DNA of 37,530 nucleotides from a virus (Duplodnaviria; Heunggongvirae; Uroviricota; Caudoviricetes): IMG/VR virus record IMGVR_UViG_2663763220_000005; one strand, 5' to 3'. Shown piece by piece: positions 36,719 to 37,530 of this stretch (position 1 is its first letter; each line of letters starts with the position of its first letter). The notes under the pieces were generated by a model. It saw only the letters and a program-made list of their open reading frames with translations, ran no database searches and was not told where the DNA came from. The position numbers and the translations under genes were made by a program.

Positions 36719-36740
36719 AAATGCCCCTGCGGGGGCATTT
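36719..36740 (+). terminator. GC-rich hairpin between the yfdQ-like and yfdR-like genes (possible attenuator)
   Basis: AAATGCCCC-tgcg-GGGGCATTT; no long T-tract. Confidence 0.4.
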
Positions 36741-36833
36741 ATGGAAACGTAATTTACTCAATAATCGCCGGATGGTGAGGGATTCTTTTTACCAGAATTC
36801 AGCGCGGTGCAGCGCATATACGTGGAGAACAAA

Positions 36834-37370
36834 ATGTCATTTATTAAAACTTTTTCCGGGAAGCATTTTTATTATGACAGGATAAATAAAGACGACATCG
36901 ATATTAACGATATCGCGGTTTCCCTTTCAAATATCTGTCGCTTTGCCGGCCATCTTTCGCACTTCTACAGCGTCGCCCAACATGCGGTTCTTTGCAGCCA
37001 GCTGGTGCCGCAGGAATTTGCTTTTGAAGCGTTAATGCATGATGCAACAGAAGCGTATTGCCAGGACATTCCCGCACCACTGAAACGCCTTCTTCCTGAC
37101 TATAAACAAATGGAAGAAAAAATAGACGCCGTAATCCGTGAGAAATACGGGTTACCCCCAGTTATGAGTACGCCCGTGAAATATGCCGATCTCATCATGC
37201 TGGCAACCGAACGCCGCGATCTCGGGCTTGATGATGGCTCTTTCTGGCCTGTACTGGAAGGTATCCCGGCAACAGAGATGTTCAACGTGATTCCACTGGC
37301 TCCGGGCCATGCCTACGGGATGTTTATGGAACGCTTTAACGAGTTATCGGAGTTACGCAAATGCGCATGA
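36834..37370 (+). CDS. yfdR: HD-domain phosphohydrolase, YfdR / YfbR 5'-deoxynucleotidase family
   Basis: 178 aa from the ATG with GGAG RBS; H...HD motif (SVAQHAV ... LMHDATEAY). Confidence 0.7.
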   Translation: MSFIKTFSGKHFYYDRINKDDIDINDIAVSLSNICRFAGHLSHFYSVAQHAVLCSQLVPQEFAFEALMHDATEAYCQDIPAPLKRLLPDYKQMEEKIDAVIREKYGLPPVMSTPVKYADLIMLATERRDLGLDDGSFWPVLEGIPATEMFNVIPLAPGHAYGMFMERFNELSELRKCA

Positions 37371-37530
37371 ATGTTTTCGAAATGGAAGGGTTTCTTCGTG
37401 GGAGATGTGTACCGCGAGATCTGAAAGTAAATGAAACAGATGCTGAATACGTAGTGCGTAAATTCGATGCGCTTGAAGCTAAATGTGCAGCACAGGAAAA
37501 CAAAGTAATACCAGTGTCAACTGAACTGCC
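37367..37530 (+). CDS. Hypothetical protein, 3'-truncated by the window end (YfdS-like by position)
   Basis: ATGA start-stop overlap with the yfdR-like gene; frame open to the window edge. Confidence 0.45.
   Translation, partial: MNVFEMEGFLRGRCVPRDLKVNETDAEYVVRKFDALEAKCAAQENKVIPVSTEL

Noticed and set aside
1-37530. CRISPR arrays, IS elements, integrons or complete tRNA genes
   Set aside because: No regularly spaced direct repeats with unique spacers, no transposase-like ORF with terminal inverted repeats, and the only tRNA-like sequence is the 46-nt att core fragment.

Overview
This window is almost entirely one temperate enterobacterial phage of the serotype-converting SfV / CPS-53 (KpLE1) type, in a phage-like (attP) arrangement. 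Reading left to right: integrase 3' end, a 46-bp att core matching the 3' end of tRNA-Thr(CGU), and a gtrA-gtrB-gtr(type) O-antigen glucosylation cassette on the + strand. A long minus-strand block follows: Mu-like contractile tail and baseplate (about 3.7-14.7 kb), HK97-like head, portal, protease and terminase with an HNH endonuclease (about 14.7-22.2 kb, with a 106-N scaffold gap at 21623-21728 inside the terS 5' end), a phage-21-type pinholin / SAR-endolysin / Rz-Rz1 lysis cassette, an AT-rich cargo island between Q and the lysis genes (AraC-like regulator, DUF523-DUF1722 protein, lipocalin Blc), then Q, a nin-like region (DUF968, KilA-N, RusA, LexA-like, N6-adenine methyltransferase), an O-like replication initiator with in-gene iterons, a CII-like gene and cro. 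The immunity switch (cro / palindromic operators / cI) sits at 33.2-34.1 kb, followed on the + strand by a PL-like promoter, a small ORF, a convergent AT-rich 144-aa gene, a GC-rich structured non-coding stretch, and a yfdP/yfdQ/yfdR/yfdS-like early-left operon that runs off the window end. All protein identifications rest on my reading of the supplied translations and gene order; no database search was run. The candidates I consider most worth follow-up are the orphan 144-aa gene next to the immunity region (34551-34985) with its upstream direct repeats, the structured element at 35272-35405, and the Q-to-lysis cargo island. I found no CRISPR array, no IS element and no complete tRNA.
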